Notes: generated by a model from the sequence alone, not told the origin. Shown: positions 47,743-57,341, counted from the first letter of the stretch. The stretch is DNA of 61,715 nt from a bacterium (GCA_020057555.1 JAGVFR010000013.1:1-61715), one strand, 5' to 3'. A program made the numbers and translations.

Positions 47743-47798
47743 CCACACAATATCTTGTGGTACAACTACATTTTATACCCCTATATATTGGGAGTCAA
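47743..47798 (-). promoter_or_regulatory. nrdJ promoter with two NrdR-box-like palindromes
   Basis: Minus strand: TTGACT, 17-nt spacer, TAAAAT. CCCAATATATAGGGG lies within the spacer and CCACAAGATATTGTGTGG just downstream. Confidence 0.4.
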
Positions 47799-47826
47799 AG
47801 ATGCAGTTATCCACAGCAACAGCTTA

Positions 47827-48405
47827 TCAAAACCCCATCGTAAGATTGATTTTTGGCGCCAATTCCTCCTTTTTCTCGAAATTTACAGGAATAGCTCGTC
47901 GCCCGTGCAAACGATCTTCATACGCAAGTGCCTTATACTTGAGTCCGTACTCGTAAACCGCTTTTGTAACTTTCACATCTTGCAAACAATAATCCTTAAT
48001 TTTCTGAATCTCGCCTTGCTTCCACCATTCAACTGCTTGAAGTCCGTGTCCAGACTTGCGCACCCCAACTGTCGCGGCCGCAACATCATCAAGTTTTAGC
48101 CGAAATCCAAGAATATTATGAATCTCCTCAAGAATATCAAGACTTGAAAAAGTAAGAAAATCTCCGCTGTAATAATTGTTCATGACTGGATAATCAAAAC
48201 CTTTTGTGTTGTATCCGATAATTCGATCAGACTGCTCTAATCGTTTCCAAAGCATAGGAAGTTCTGGTTCTTCAAACGCTTCGTACGTGTCAGTCTCATA
48301 AAAATAACAACCGATCACACTGATGAGCAGTTTGTCATGGTTATATCCACCAACATCTTGAAAAGTGTTTTGTGTTTCAATGTCGAGAACGATTTCTTTG
48401 GACAT
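47827..48405 (-). CDS. RNase H-like 3'-5' exonuclease (DEDD family)
   Basis: IVLDIETQN..., IIGYNTKGFDYPV, YCLQDV. Confidence 0.65.
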   Translation of the reverse strand: MSKEIVLDIETQNTFQDVGGYNHDKLLISVIGCYFYETDTYEAFEEPELPMLWKRLEQSDRIIGYNTKGFDYPVMNNYYSGDFLTFSSLDILEEIHNILGFRLKLDDVAAATVGVRKSGHGLQAVEWWKQGEIQKIKDYCLQDVKVTKAVYEYGLKYKALAYEDRLHGRRAIPVNFEKKEELAPKINLTMGF

Positions 48406-48407
48406 AG

Positions 48408-48445
48408 AAAAAAGGTCAGAAAGGACTGAAAGGTCGGAAAGGTCA
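48408..48445. repeat. GGTCAGAAAGGAC word repeat (family K)
   Basis: AAGGTCAGAAAGGACTGAAAGGTCGGAAAGGTC directly upstream of the exonuclease start. Confidence 0.6.
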
Positions 48446-48455
48446 AAAAAAATAA

Positions 48456-49874
48456 TTAAGACTCGAGCTTTGCAGAATTAGCGGCGGCGGTTACGGATTC
48501 GGAATACGACGGAAACGCGTGGATCATGCCGGCTAATTTGTCTATTGTAGCATTGAGATAAATCGCAAGCGCAATTTCGTGAACCACTTCCCCAGCACGT
48601 TCACCGATTATGTGGCCTCCAAGAATCTTTCGCGTTTTCGGATGAGCAATTATCTTGATAAGTCCTTCTGAACCGTGTTCTGTTGCTGTTCGTCCAAGCG
48701 CGGAAAACGTATAACGACCTACCAAAACTTTTCCGAGCGCTTCTTTTGCTTCTTTTTGTGTCATTCCAACTGACGCAACTTCGGTTGATAAAAATGTTAC
48801 TCGCGGTACAACACGTTCGTCTATTTTCATTCGAGTTGTTTGTTTCTTTTTCGCCATAAGCGCGGCATTGTGTCCGGCAACATATCCTTCGTGATGCGCT
48901 GTGTGTGTGAATTGCATTCCACCACATACATCGCCTGCGGCAAAAATATACGAAACTGACGTTCGTTGTTCATTTGTCGTGATAACGCTTCCACGACTGC
49001 CAATCTTGACTTCCAACTTTTCCAAACCAAGACCATTAGTATTCGCTCGACTTCCTGCCGCTAAAACAACTTGTTCAACAGCGTGCATTGTGCGATTCCC
49101 TCCTACGTCAACATTTACACCATAAACTCCGCCACCACCATTTACAACCTCAACGACATTTGCGTTCGTAACAACCTCAACTCCAAGCGATTCGAGTGCT
49201 TTGCGAGCCAAACCGGCAATCTCTACGTCTTCGCGATGCAAAACCTGTGACGCACTTTGAATCAAAACAACGCGTGTGCCAAAAGACGCAAAAAATGTCG
49301 CGAGCTCACATCCAACCGGACCTCCACCAATAATTCCAAGCGACTTTGGCTGACGTTTAAGACGAAAAGCATCCTTCCACAGCAGATACTTAAGTGTATC
49401 TATTCCCTGAATTGGCGGAACAAATTCCACAGATCCGGTTGCAATTACAAACGTTTTTCCAATCAAATTTTCTCCTTTTACTTCAATTGTATGCTCATCA
49501 ATAAATTTTGCTTTGCCAATTTTCACAACAATGCCAAGTGAACGAAATATCTTTTCATATCTCGTTCCATAAGTTCCTCCACCAGTAATTGACTGAACAA
49601 CATTTTCACGATATTTCATCACTAAATCATAGTTGTACGAAACTGAACCAACACTCACACCGTAATCTCTCGCGCGATTTGCCAAACGATAAACAGACGC
49701 GGTTTTTAGAAGAGCTTTTGATGGAACGCAAGCATAATTTGGACAGTCTCCTCCGAGCCTTTCGTGTTCAACAACACAAACACTCGCACCGGCTTTTCGC
49801 GCAACTTCAGCAGCTGAAAAACCAGCAGACCCAGAGCCGATTATGATTACATCAAATGTTTGGATTTTGGGCAT
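48456..49874 (-). CDS. FAD/NAD(P)-dependent pyridine nucleotide-disulfide oxidoreductase (Lpd / mercuric reductase-like)
   Basis: DVIIIGSGSAG, redox-active GGDCPNYACVPSK, GGGPVGCE, C-terminal dimerisation domain. Confidence 0.85.
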   Translation of the reverse strand: MPKIQTFDVIIIGSGSAGFSAAEVARKAGASVCVVEHERLGGDCPNYACVPSKALLKTASVYRLANRARDYGVSVGSVSYNYDLVMKYRENVVQSITGGGTYGTRYEKIFRSLGIVVKIGKAKFIDEHTIEVKGENLIGKTFVIATGSVEFVPPIQGIDTLKYLLWKDAFRLKRQPKSLGIIGGGPVGCELATFFASFGTRVVLIQSASQVLHREDVEIAGLARKALESLGVEVVTNANVVEVVNGGGGVYGVNVDVGGNRTMHAVEQVVLAAGSRANTNGLGLEKLEVKIGSRGSVITTNEQRTSVSYIFAAGDVCGGMQFTHTAHHEGYVAGHNAALMAKKKQTTRMKIDERVVPRVTFLSTEVASVGMTQKEAKEALGKVLVGRYTFSALGRTATEHGSEGLIKIIAHPKTRKILGGHIIGERAGEVVHEIALAIYLNATIDKLAGMIHAFPSYSESVTAAANSAKLES

Positions 49875-49885
49875 ATGTAAAAAGA

Positions 49886-49990
49886 TAGTAGGAAAGTAGC
49901 AGAGTAGTATAGTAGCAAAGGGTTAAAACAAATTTTCAAGCATATTTTTATTTCCCTATGCTACTTTGCTTCTTTTCTACTTTGCTACTG
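49886..49990. repeat. GTAGCAAAGTAG word palindrome (family T)
   Basis: TAGTAGGAAAGTAGCAGAGTAGTATAGTAGCAAAGGG ... CCCTATGCTACTTTGCTTCTTTTCTACTTTGCTAC. Confidence 0.7.
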
Positions 49991-50986
49991 ACTATTAAAC
50001 ACTTCCTCTGCAACATTCCACAACCGATCATCTCCATTTATTTTCAACAAATACCACCACTCTGCTCCCCACAAATATGCTTCAGGCAATTTCGATTCTT
50101 CTACAAACTCTAAATTTTTCTTGAACATGTCTTCATCAAAAGATTGGTACCACTGCGAAAGCGAGAGTGATTCGATTGGCTCTGGAAACCATGGTTCAGC
50201 TTGAAGTTCAGTGACTATCACATTATCAACAAATCTCTGGGCCAACTGCGCACGCGTATAATAATACTCCGGTGTGAGCGGAAACATGAAATATCCAAAA
50301 AGATCATTCCATGTTAAGCGATACATTGAAATTCCCAAAATGTCAGCGGCGCGCCCTTCATTTTCCCACGAGGCAAGTTCACCACTCACTGTAATTTGAA
50401 TTGGATGAACTGGATCAAGCGATCGAACTAAATCCACTCGTTGTTGAAATTCCGCGAGTTTAAGTGGAACGCAAATTCCAAAAGGAAAAAAAGGTTCATT
50501 TTCAACTTGCCATCGTTCAAGCGCTGTTGAATTTTTATACCGGTTCACAACTGCCGTAATCATGTTTAGCGCGCGTGATTGTTGCTTTTCTGATTCCAAC
50601 GTTTCCGCCCAATCAGGAATAAAACATTCTGGCCAACGAGGAACTTTTATACCAACAACAAGCGTTAATTTCACATCATGATCTTCTGAATATAAGATAA
50701 TTTCGTCTAGCTCCTGCCAGTCAAACTTGTCCTGTGTTTTTTCAATCTCTGACCAATAAACAGGTAGACGAATGGCCGTCACATCAAGTTCTTCCACAAA
50801 TGCGCCATATGCTTCTTGAACATTCAGACCAAGTTGTTTTGCGTATATTGTTGAAAACGTTATTCCATAACGCGGTGGAGTCAAATTTATTTTTGTTCCA
50901 AGCTGTTGATTCATCAAAAAAAATAAAGCAAGACCTCCAACTAGCAGGATAAATAAAATTAAAAGGGTGTGAAAACGTTGTTTCAT
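49985..50986 (-). CDS. membrane-anchored glycoside hydrolase, (beta/alpha)8 clan GH-A-like
   Basis: N-terminal TM helix; IRLPVYWSEIEKTQDKFDWQELD; WQVENEPF (NEP acid/base). Confidence 0.5.
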   Translation of the reverse strand: MKQRFHTLLILFILLVGGLALFFLMNQQLGTKINLTPPRYGITFSTIYAKQLGLNVQEAYGAFVEELDVTAIRLPVYWSEIEKTQDKFDWQELDEIILYSEDHDVKLTLVVGIKVPRWPECFIPDWAETLESEKQQSRALNMITAVVNRYKNSTALERWQVENEPFFPFGICVPLKLAEFQQRVDLVRSLDPVHPIQITVSGELASWENEGRAADILGISMYRLTWNDLFGYFMFPLTPEYYYTRAQLAQRFVDNVIVTELQAEPWFPEPIESLSLSQWYQSFDEDMFKKNLEFVEESKLPEAYLWGAEWWYLLKINGDDRLWNVAEEVFNSQ

Positions 50987-52566
50987 GAAATCTCTTCACG
51001 CTTTTCTCGCAAAAACGCAAGCCAGCTTTCAATCACGTCAATTGCCGCCTTGAATGGCGCTTCAATAATAAAATCAAAAAAGAAAAGAAAAATGTTTATT
51101 CGCGGTGCTCGCATTGCGATCCAGCGTCCAACTCGAACGATAGGTAAAAACAACATGTCGCCAAGAATTCCGAAAAATCCTCCTGAAGTTTCAATAACAA
51201 GATATTCCTTGCGTGTGTTGCGGATACGAAGTCCAAAGTACGCAACGAGTGACAAGAAAAACAGAAAAAAGAAAATTGACAAACTGTTAAATCCGAATGT
51301 TCGCAATCCCCACGCGATAAGAGTCACAACAGCGACAAAAACCAGAAGATACACAAAATGGAATATGGCCCAAAGCGCTCCGCCTCCCCATACGCGCTTT
51401 CGCAATACGAATGTCGTGTCTTCTCCAAGCCCTAAAAATGCGTGTGCTTCTTCGAGAATCTTTGCGTTGTTTTTCTTTTTTGAAATACGAACAGTAAGTC
51501 CGACAAACGCAAGCAGTAACGGCGGAAACATTATGTTAACTGCTAAAGGTAAATAATCAGTTGAGTGCAAAACAAAAAGTTCGTACGGATATTCAACAAG
51601 AATTGCAAGAATAGACTTTGTGAGAAGAAGAAAAAACGCGGCTCGAATTACAGTGCGAGAAAGTCGCGCGCGAAAAACACTGTATCGTTCTTTCACAGCT
51701 GAAGTGATCGCGGAATCTATCGTGTTTGCGTCTTGTTCTGTAACAGCATCAGAAAAAGCTTGAGGATTGTCTTTTGCAATATCTCCAATAAGATGAAAAA
51801 CAATGGAGTGACGGCGTACAAATCTATAAACCACGTCCGCTGATTTGTGATGTACCTGTTCTTCAATTGAAGCAACAACTTTTTTAAGATTCACAGCAAT
51901 CTCTTGAACAACAGGATCGCTTGATTGCGCTGTGCGCCAAGCAGGATAATACAAAGTCAAAATTCGATAGCGAAGCGTTGCTCTATTCGATTTGAGAACA
52001 CTGCGATGAACAGCAACATACAACTGTAAATCACGATCTTTTTCAGCAACTGCATTGGTTTCCCATTGCACTCGCGCTTTGAGAGCCTGATACGCATAAC
52101 TCGCGAGTGATTCATCAACGCAAGGCGGCGCAACAATGTATTCAATCTCTGTTGAGAGAACATCAAGAAGCCATTGATAACGAAATTGGCCGTCGTGGGT
52201 TTCTTCCTCAAGAGTTCCAAACATTTTTTTGTATTTCTCTAAAACATTCGCGACCTCGCCGATTTTTCCAGTCGGAACTCTTTTATTTGGAAGATATTTT
52301 GCCCAAACAAGCTCTTTCAACAAATGTGAGGATAATTTTTGTGAATCCGTTTCGCCCAAACGTCGTTTCAAAACACGACGAATCGCGTTGCGACGAAGAA
52401 GATGTTCTTCATCATATTCAAGAGTGTTGCGAACTGTTTCGTACGCAGAAGCAGCAACAGAAACTGTGTCAGAAACTTTAATTACATCTTCGGCTTTTGG
52501 TTCTTCCTGCGCCTCCTGATTCATTTGAAGAATTGTTGTAACAAGATGTTGTAGAGATTTTTCCAT
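50983..52566 (-). CDS. hypothetical polytopic membrane protein
   Basis: 527-aa ORF with a soluble N-terminal half, C-terminal TM helices, and a 4-nt overlap with the downstream gene. Confidence 0.6.
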   Translation of the reverse strand: MEKSLQHLVTTILQMNQEAQEEPKAEDVIKVSDTVSVAASAYETVRNTLEYDEEHLLRRNAIRRVLKRRLGETDSQKLSSHLLKELVWAKYLPNKRVPTGKIGEVANVLEKYKKMFGTLEEETHDGQFRYQWLLDVLSTEIEYIVAPPCVDESLASYAYQALKARVQWETNAVAEKDRDLQLYVAVHRSVLKSNRATLRYRILTLYYPAWRTAQSSDPVVQEIAVNLKKVVASIEEQVHHKSADVVYRFVRRHSIVFHLIGDIAKDNPQAFSDAVTEQDANTIDSAITSAVKERYSVFRARLSRTVIRAAFFLLLTKSILAILVEYPYELFVLHSTDYLPLAVNIMFPPLLLAFVGLTVRISKKKNNAKILEEAHAFLGLGEDTTFVLRKRVWGGGALWAIFHFVYLLVFVAVVTLIAWGLRTFGFNSLSIFFFLFFLSLVAYFGLRIRNTRKEYLVIETSGGFFGILGDMLFLPIVRVGRWIAMRAPRINIFLFFFDFIIEAPFKAAIDVIESWLAFLREKREEIS

Positions 52567-52568
52567 AT

Positions 52569-53915
52569 TTACACAATAAGTGGCAGTGGATGTAATTCAC
52601 TCTTTCGCCCTAAAACAGTGTCCTCAATACGATACGTTCCGTGTGTCGGAGCTTCAATATACCCGTTCCAAGCCATTCTCGCCACTCCGCCTGAAGAAAT
52701 CCAATCAAACAGCCATTCATCAGTATATTTTGGATCGTTTTGCGGAATACCCCCACCAACATAATCAAGCCATACGCGATTAAACTCTTCCTGCGAGCCG
52801 ATTGGCGGAGCCATAATAATTGCAATGCCAAGACCGCAATAAAACGACAACTCACTCGGTTTTGTCCAAAGAATATCAGTTGTTTTTAGAAGCTCTGTGA
52901 AACCGGAAAAATATGAAGATCGCGATTCAAACTCCGGAACATTCACCCAAGTTCCAAGTGACTTTTTAAGTCCAGCATCAGAAACAGCTTGACGATAAAA
53001 ACGCGCAGCATCTTTTCTAACACCAGCGACAAGATTTAATCTGATTTTTTGTTGAGAAATTTTTGCTTTAAGACTGTTTAAAACCTGAACTCCAAGTTGT
53101 CGCTGTGCCCCTGCTCCACCAACACTATAAGTGAGCGTGAGTGGATGTTGTTCGTCTGTTTTGCAACGCATTGTTCCAAGTTCAGCTTTGAGCGCTCTTG
53201 CATAACGTTCTTCAAAAATTCCTTGTGGATCAAGATTGCAAAGTCGAGCTCGAAGATTTTCTTTAAGCGCAATCGCGCGTTCTCCGCCAATCAATTCTTT
53301 TGGAAGCGGAAAACCAGTGAGAAAAATGTTTTCCTCACGCACGCCATATAGTTTCAACCGTTCAACAACACGGCCGTTGCTTGCAAAATATTTTATTCGA
53401 CTTCGTTGAGGATCAAGCGGCGCCCATGTGCGGGAAATGTCCGCATCAGTTGTAACACACCAAATGTCACCGGGGTAATCAAAATAATCAGCCGCGAACG
53501 CTGGAATAAAAAAAGTCGTGACAAGTGGTTTTGGATCTTTTGAAAACTGTTCGATCAAATGCTTGCCAAGCCCTTTTCGAATTGATGAGTAAATTTGTTT
53601 GAGTTGAAAGTTTGGTTTTGAAAGATCACGACGCGGATAAAATCGTGGGATTTCCTGCCATTGATCAAGCGCTTCAAACAAAAAATTTCCTACAACTGGA
53701 ATTGGTTTCATGCGCGAGATTGCTTCATAGAGCTCGCGACTTTCTAACCATAATTTCTTATCATGCTCTGGGATCCCTTTATAATCATTCGCGGATACGA
53801 CTTCTCCATTTGAAAGATCAGCGAGAGCGTAAGCCGCGCGCGAATGTCCGTACCCCATGTTTACGTCAACAATCCATGCCGCGCTATTATTTTTTTTGTA
53901 AGAATGGTTTTGCAC
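52569..53915 (-). CDS. putative glycosyltransferase (MGDG-synthase/UgtP-like)
   Basis: N-terminal VNMGYGHSRAAYAL resembles the GxGH..AA motif of diacylglycerol glycosyltransferases. Confidence 0.45.
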   Translation of the reverse strand: MQNHSYKKNNSAAWIVDVNMGYGHSRAAYALADLSNGEVVSANDYKGIPEHDKKLWLESRELYEAISRMKPIPVVGNFLFEALDQWQEIPRFYPRRDLSKPNFQLKQIYSSIRKGLGKHLIEQFSKDPKPLVTTFFIPAFAADYFDYPGDIWCVTTDADISRTWAPLDPQRSRIKYFASNGRVVERLKLYGVREENIFLTGFPLPKELIGGERAIALKENLRARLCNLDPQGIFEERYARALKAELGTMRCKTDEQHPLTLTYSVGGAGAQRQLGVQVLNSLKAKISQQKIRLNLVAGVRKDAARFYRQAVSDAGLKKSLGTWVNVPEFESRSSYFSGFTELLKTTDILWTKPSELSFYCGLGIAIIMAPPIGSQEEFNRVWLDYVGGGIPQNDPKYTDEWLFDWISSGGVARMAWNGYIEAPTHGTYRIEDTVLGRKSELHPLPLIV

Positions 53916-53918
53916 AGA

Positions 53919-54629
53919 TTAAAAAAACGTTCGTTCTTCAGATTTAGAAATTATCTCAAACGCTTCATCAGCTGTGTCAACAATCGTGAATAGCGCGATA
54001 TCTTTTGCGGCAATTGTTTTGTACGTATCAAGCAATGTTTTTTCCATCCATTTTACAAGTCCTCCCCAATACTCTTTTCCAACACAAACAATTGGTGTTG
54101 ATTGCATTTTGCCAGTTTGAATCAAAGTTACGATTTCAAAAAACTCATCAAGTGTTCCATATCCACCAGGGAAAAACACGTACGCCTGCGCAGAAGCCGC
54201 CAAAATCACGCGACGTGTGAAAAAATAATGAAATCCACGACCGCGAGTAAGATATTCATTCGCGCGTTGTTCGTTTGGTAGCTGGATGTTCAAACCAAGA
54301 GATGTTCCACCAACTTTATACGCGCCTTTGTTTCCGGCTTCCATAATTCCAGGACCTCCACCGGTTATAACTGTGAAACCATATTTTCCGAGTAGCCTTC
54401 CGAGTTTTTCAGCTTCTTTATACCAACGGTCACTTTGTTTAATGCGTGCTGAACCAAAAAAAGTAACTTCACGCGAAGATTCGGACAGGAATTGAAAGCC
54501 TTCAACAAACTCTGCCATGATTCGAAATATGCGCCATGTAATATCGTTCATGCTAGGAGGAGCTTTTACATGCGCTTTCTCGTCTGGCGCAAGCGGAAGA
54601 CGACAAAAATTGTTTGGTTGATTATCCAT
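53919..54629 (-). CDS. LOG family / TIGR00730 Rossmann-fold nucleotide-binding protein
   Basis: ITGGGPGIMEA ... FPGGYGTLDEFFE. Confidence 0.85.
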   Translation of the reverse strand: MDNQPNNFCRLPLAPDEKAHVKAPPSMNDITWRIFRIMAEFVEGFQFLSESSREVTFFGSARIKQSDRWYKEAEKLGRLLGKYGFTVITGGGPGIMEAGNKGAYKVGGTSLGLNIQLPNEQRANEYLTRGRGFHYFFTRRVILAASAQAYVFFPGGYGTLDEFFEIVTLIQTGKMQSTPIVCVGKEYWGGLVKWMEKTLLDTYKTIAAKDIALFTIVDTADEAFEIISKSEERTFF

Positions 54630-54760
54630 AGTGGAATTATTTTAGCACACTTTAACACTGGACAAAATCTCGAGGAATGCAGTATATACTTAACGGGTAT
54701 ACTCTATGGACAAAAAACAGTCGATGATGTAATATCTTTTTGTTCATATTTAATGTCACC

Positions 54761-54797
54761 TTTACTACTCCGCTACTTTACTACTCTGCTACTATCC
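54761..54797. repeat. CTACTTT word repeat (family T)
   Basis: CTTTACTACTCCGCTACTTTACTACTCTGCTACTATCCC ends 3 nt before the rpmB ATG. Confidence 0.6.
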
Positions 54798-54800
54798 CAT

Positions 54801-55046
54801 ATGTCAAAATCTTGTCTTATCACTGGCAAAAAAACTACTGTTGGAATGCATGTTTCACACTCAAAACGAAGAGTGAAACGCAAACTTTTTGCTAATTTGC
54901 AAACTCGTCGACTTTTGAATCCTGCGACCGGCAAAATGGTCATGGTCACGATTTCAAACCGCGGTTTGCGTACTCTCAAAAAATGGGATCGCGAGGGAAA
55001 AAAGTACGATCTCGCCGCATTGAAAAAAGCAGAACATATCGCATAA
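54801..55046 (+). CDS. rpmB: 50S ribosomal protein L28
   Basis: MSKSCLITGKKTTVGMHVSHSKRRVKRKLFANLQ. The longer track ORF is a spurious extension. Confidence 0.9.
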   Translation: MSKSCLITGKKTTVGMHVSHSKRRVKRKLFANLQTRRLLNPATGKMVMVTISNRGLRTLKKWDREGKKYDLAALKKAEHIA

Positions 55047-55053
55047 ATAAAAA

Positions 55054-55096
55054 CCAGTTACGCCCTTCGACAAGCTCAGGGTATAACTGGTTTTTT
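55054..55096 (+). terminator. intrinsic terminator after rpmB
   Basis: CCAGTTA...TAACTGG followed by TTTTTT. Confidence 0.65.
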
Positions 55097-55102
55097 GATT
55101 AA

Positions 55103-55129
55103 ACAAAAAAGCAACCCAGAACGGGTTGC
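55103..55129 (-). terminator. intrinsic terminator after the Cys-rich gene
   Basis: Minus strand: GCAACCC-loop-GGGTTGC followed by TTTTTT. Confidence 0.7.
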
Positions 55130-55166
55130 AGAGTATTGGATGAGAAATACATTGGACGAAGTTATC

Positions 55167-56141
55167 TCACATTTCACCGCATTTTCCACATTTGAGACTT
55201 TCGACTTGCTTTTCTGTCAAGCAGTCTTCACAAGAAGAAGTCCCATTGCAAGAAATCTGAATACAGAGATCGTGGTGAATCCTGCTTCGCACATCCGAAT
55301 CTGTCCATTTGTGTTTCCACCAAGCATAAAATTCTCGAATTCCCCTTTTCTTCCACTGAAACAACTTCTCCATAGAAAGTCCTGCTTGAAGATCTTGTGG
55401 AAAAAAGTCGTTGTGGTGAAGAAGACTAAACACTTCATTTACTAGATTGTGACGACCGAGAACTCCGTTACCGCGAGTGAAAAAGAACGGAGATGGGGTT
55501 ATGTCCAACTGGATGAGTTCCAATAGGAGCCTTGTCTTATAACGAATTTTCTGTTGAAGATTCGCTCTAACGTCTTCCGATGAGACAGACGAAGAGACAG
55601 AAACTGGGAATAACACTATGCGTTCCTCCGACTCGACTGTCAAGAATTCTGTCATTGTGTCGATACACCACCAAAGATCCTCACCTTCTTCCGCGAACAC
55701 ATCACGAACAAACATGTATTCGGACTTCTCTTGTTTCTGTTTGGATCCCTGCTTCTCACTCCTTACAGAAACAAGAGCGGATACGGAACTAAGGCAATCA
55801 GAAAGTATCTGATCATCCTTGCTTGGTTGAGGAGCTACTTCGCTCGGCTTGTCAGCCAGAGGAGAAGTTGCGGCCTCGAGAAACTCTACAACACCGACTT
55901 TCTTGCAGTTCTGACCCTGACACCCGATCTGCACGTTCTGATCTGGCTTGAAAGGCTCAACGTAACACCTCTCAAACCGTTCATCTAGCAACATTGTGAC
56001 GCAAGCTTCTGCGCTCATCCACAGACTCGGGTTGTCATCGCAGTGTGGCATCGGACATTCAACAATGAACTCCGATTTTTTCTCTTCGCTCTGGCACGCG
56101 AACTGGATGAAAAGAACAAAGCACACAAACAGACGCTTCAT
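55167..56141 (-). CDS. secreted/lipoprotein-like Cys-rich hypothetical protein
   Basis: Signal peptide MKRLFVCFVLFIQFAC. Cys clusters at both ends (CPMPHC..., CIQISCNGTSSCEDC...CGKCGEM). SD AAGGGAGG. GC-rich. Confidence 0.6.
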   Translation of the reverse strand: MKRLFVCFVLFIQFACQSEEKKSEFIVECPMPHCDDNPSLWMSAEACVTMLLDERFERCYVEPFKPDQNVQIGCQGQNCKKVGVVEFLEAATSPLADKPSEVAPQPSKDDQILSDCLSSVSALVSVRSEKQGSKQKQEKSEYMFVRDVFAEEGEDLWWCIDTMTEFLTVESEERIVLFPVSVSSSVSSEDVRANLQQKIRYKTRLLLELIQLDITPSPFFFTRGNGVLGRHNLVNEVFSLLHHNDFFPQDLQAGLSMEKLFQWKKRGIREFYAWWKHKWTDSDVRSRIHHDLCIQISCNGTSSCEDCLTEKQVESLKCGKCGEM

Positions 56142-56197
56142 GACGAACCTCCCTTTTCGATATATTTCGCCGTAATTGGCGGTAAATCGAACAATTC

Positions 56198-56226
56198 AGG
56201 ATAACCCAAAATAGAGATTTTGTCAA
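56198..56226 (-). promoter_or_regulatory. promoter of the Cys-rich gene
   Basis: Minus strand: TTGACAAAATCTCTATTTTGGGTTATCCT (TTGACA, 17-nt spacer, TATCCT). It is close to the zinc-finger gene promoter TTGACAAAATCTGTAAATTCTGGTATTCT. Confidence 0.5.
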
Positions 56227-56241
56227 TCATTTTACGAAAAA

Positions 56242-57336
56242 CTACTGCAAAATAGCCTCAATTTTTGAAATCAACTCTTCCAAGCCAGTCCTTTTTTGGG
56301 CTGAAATACTGATGGCCTTTCTATCGCCTAAACGACTCACAATTTCTTTTCGAGTCGCAGATGAAACTATATCAGTTTTGTTGAGAACTAAAATTCGTTT
56401 TTTTTGATCAATGCCAAGTCGTTTTAAAATATCATCAACAACATCAAGTTGTTGAAAAAAATGTTTGTCACTTGCGTCAGCGACATGCAAAAGCAAATCA
56501 GAGTCAACAGCTTCTGAAAGCGTTGAAGCAAACGCGTTCAAAAGTTCTGGCGGAAGTTCTTTTATAAAACCGATAGTGTCAGAAACAAGCGCGACTTCTG
56601 CTCGTTTTGGTAAAAAAAGTTGACCAACACGCGTATCGAGCGTTGCGAAAAGCTCGTTGGCCGCATATTCTTTTCGTCCTGTCAGAGAATTGAGAAGTGT
56701 TGTCTTGCCTGCATTTGTATATCCAACAACTGCTATTGTCTTAAGATTGTTCCGTTTTCTTGACGCACGTTGTAGATCACGGCCTTTTTGATATGTTTCC
56801 AATTTGTCCTTGATGTGCCGTTCTTTTTCTTTCAAATGTCGTTTCATGCGCTCGATGTTTGTTTCTCCGATTCCGATTGTTCCAATTCCACCAGCCTGAC
56901 GCGAAAGTTCCATTCCCATTCCAAAAATCCTCGGACCCATGTGACGAATGCTCGCGAGTTCGATTTCGAAACGTGCTTCTGTGGTTCTTGCGTGTTTGGC
57001 AAAAATTTTCAAAATTAAATCAATTCGATCCCAAACTTGAATTTTGTATTTTCGCAATTGTTCTGAAAGTTCAAATGTTTGGCGAGGTTTTAGTTGCGCA
57101 TTAATAATCAATAGTGTTGCGCCAAGCTGTTTTCCTTCTTCACCAAGTTCGATCACTTTTCCAGTTCCGATATATGTTTTTGGATGCGGCGCAAATCGCT
57201 TTTGCCATTTTTTAACAATCACAATTCCGCCGTACGTATGTACAAGTTCTTCAAGTTCTTCCATCCGATCCATTGCATGCTCTCCAAGCATCTTTGGATG
57301 AATGAGATCAATTAGAATCGCTTTTTGCTGGGACAT
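56242..57336 (-). CDS. hflX: GTPase HflX
   Basis: HflX N-domain, VGYTNAGKTTLLN, DTIGFI, NKTD. Start at MSQQKAIL; the 22-codon track extension lies inside a hairpin. Confidence 0.9.
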   Translation of the reverse strand: MSQQKAILIDLIHPKMLGEHAMDRMEELEELVHTYGGIVIVKKWQKRFAPHPKTYIGTGKVIELGEEGKQLGATLLIINAQLKPRQTFELSEQLRKYKIQVWDRIDLILKIFAKHARTTEARFEIELASIRHMGPRIFGMGMELSRQAGGIGTIGIGETNIERMKRHLKEKERHIKDKLETYQKGRDLQRASRKRNNLKTIAVVGYTNAGKTTLLNSLTGRKEYAANELFATLDTRVGQLFLPKRAEVALVSDTIGFIKELPPELLNAFASTLSEAVDSDLLLHVADASDKHFFQQLDVVDDILKRLGIDQKKRILVLNKTDIVSSATRKEIVSRLGDRKAISISAQKRTGLEELISKIEAILQ

Positions 57337-57341
57337 ATTGA

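Noticed and set aside
47501-47760. Cobalamin riboswitch in the nrdJ leader
   Set aside because: Only vague resemblance (GAGGAACGGTG, CCCAGTGGGGA). No B12 box was recognised by eye. B12 riboswitches normally control B12-independent enzymes or transport rather than a B12-dependent RNR.
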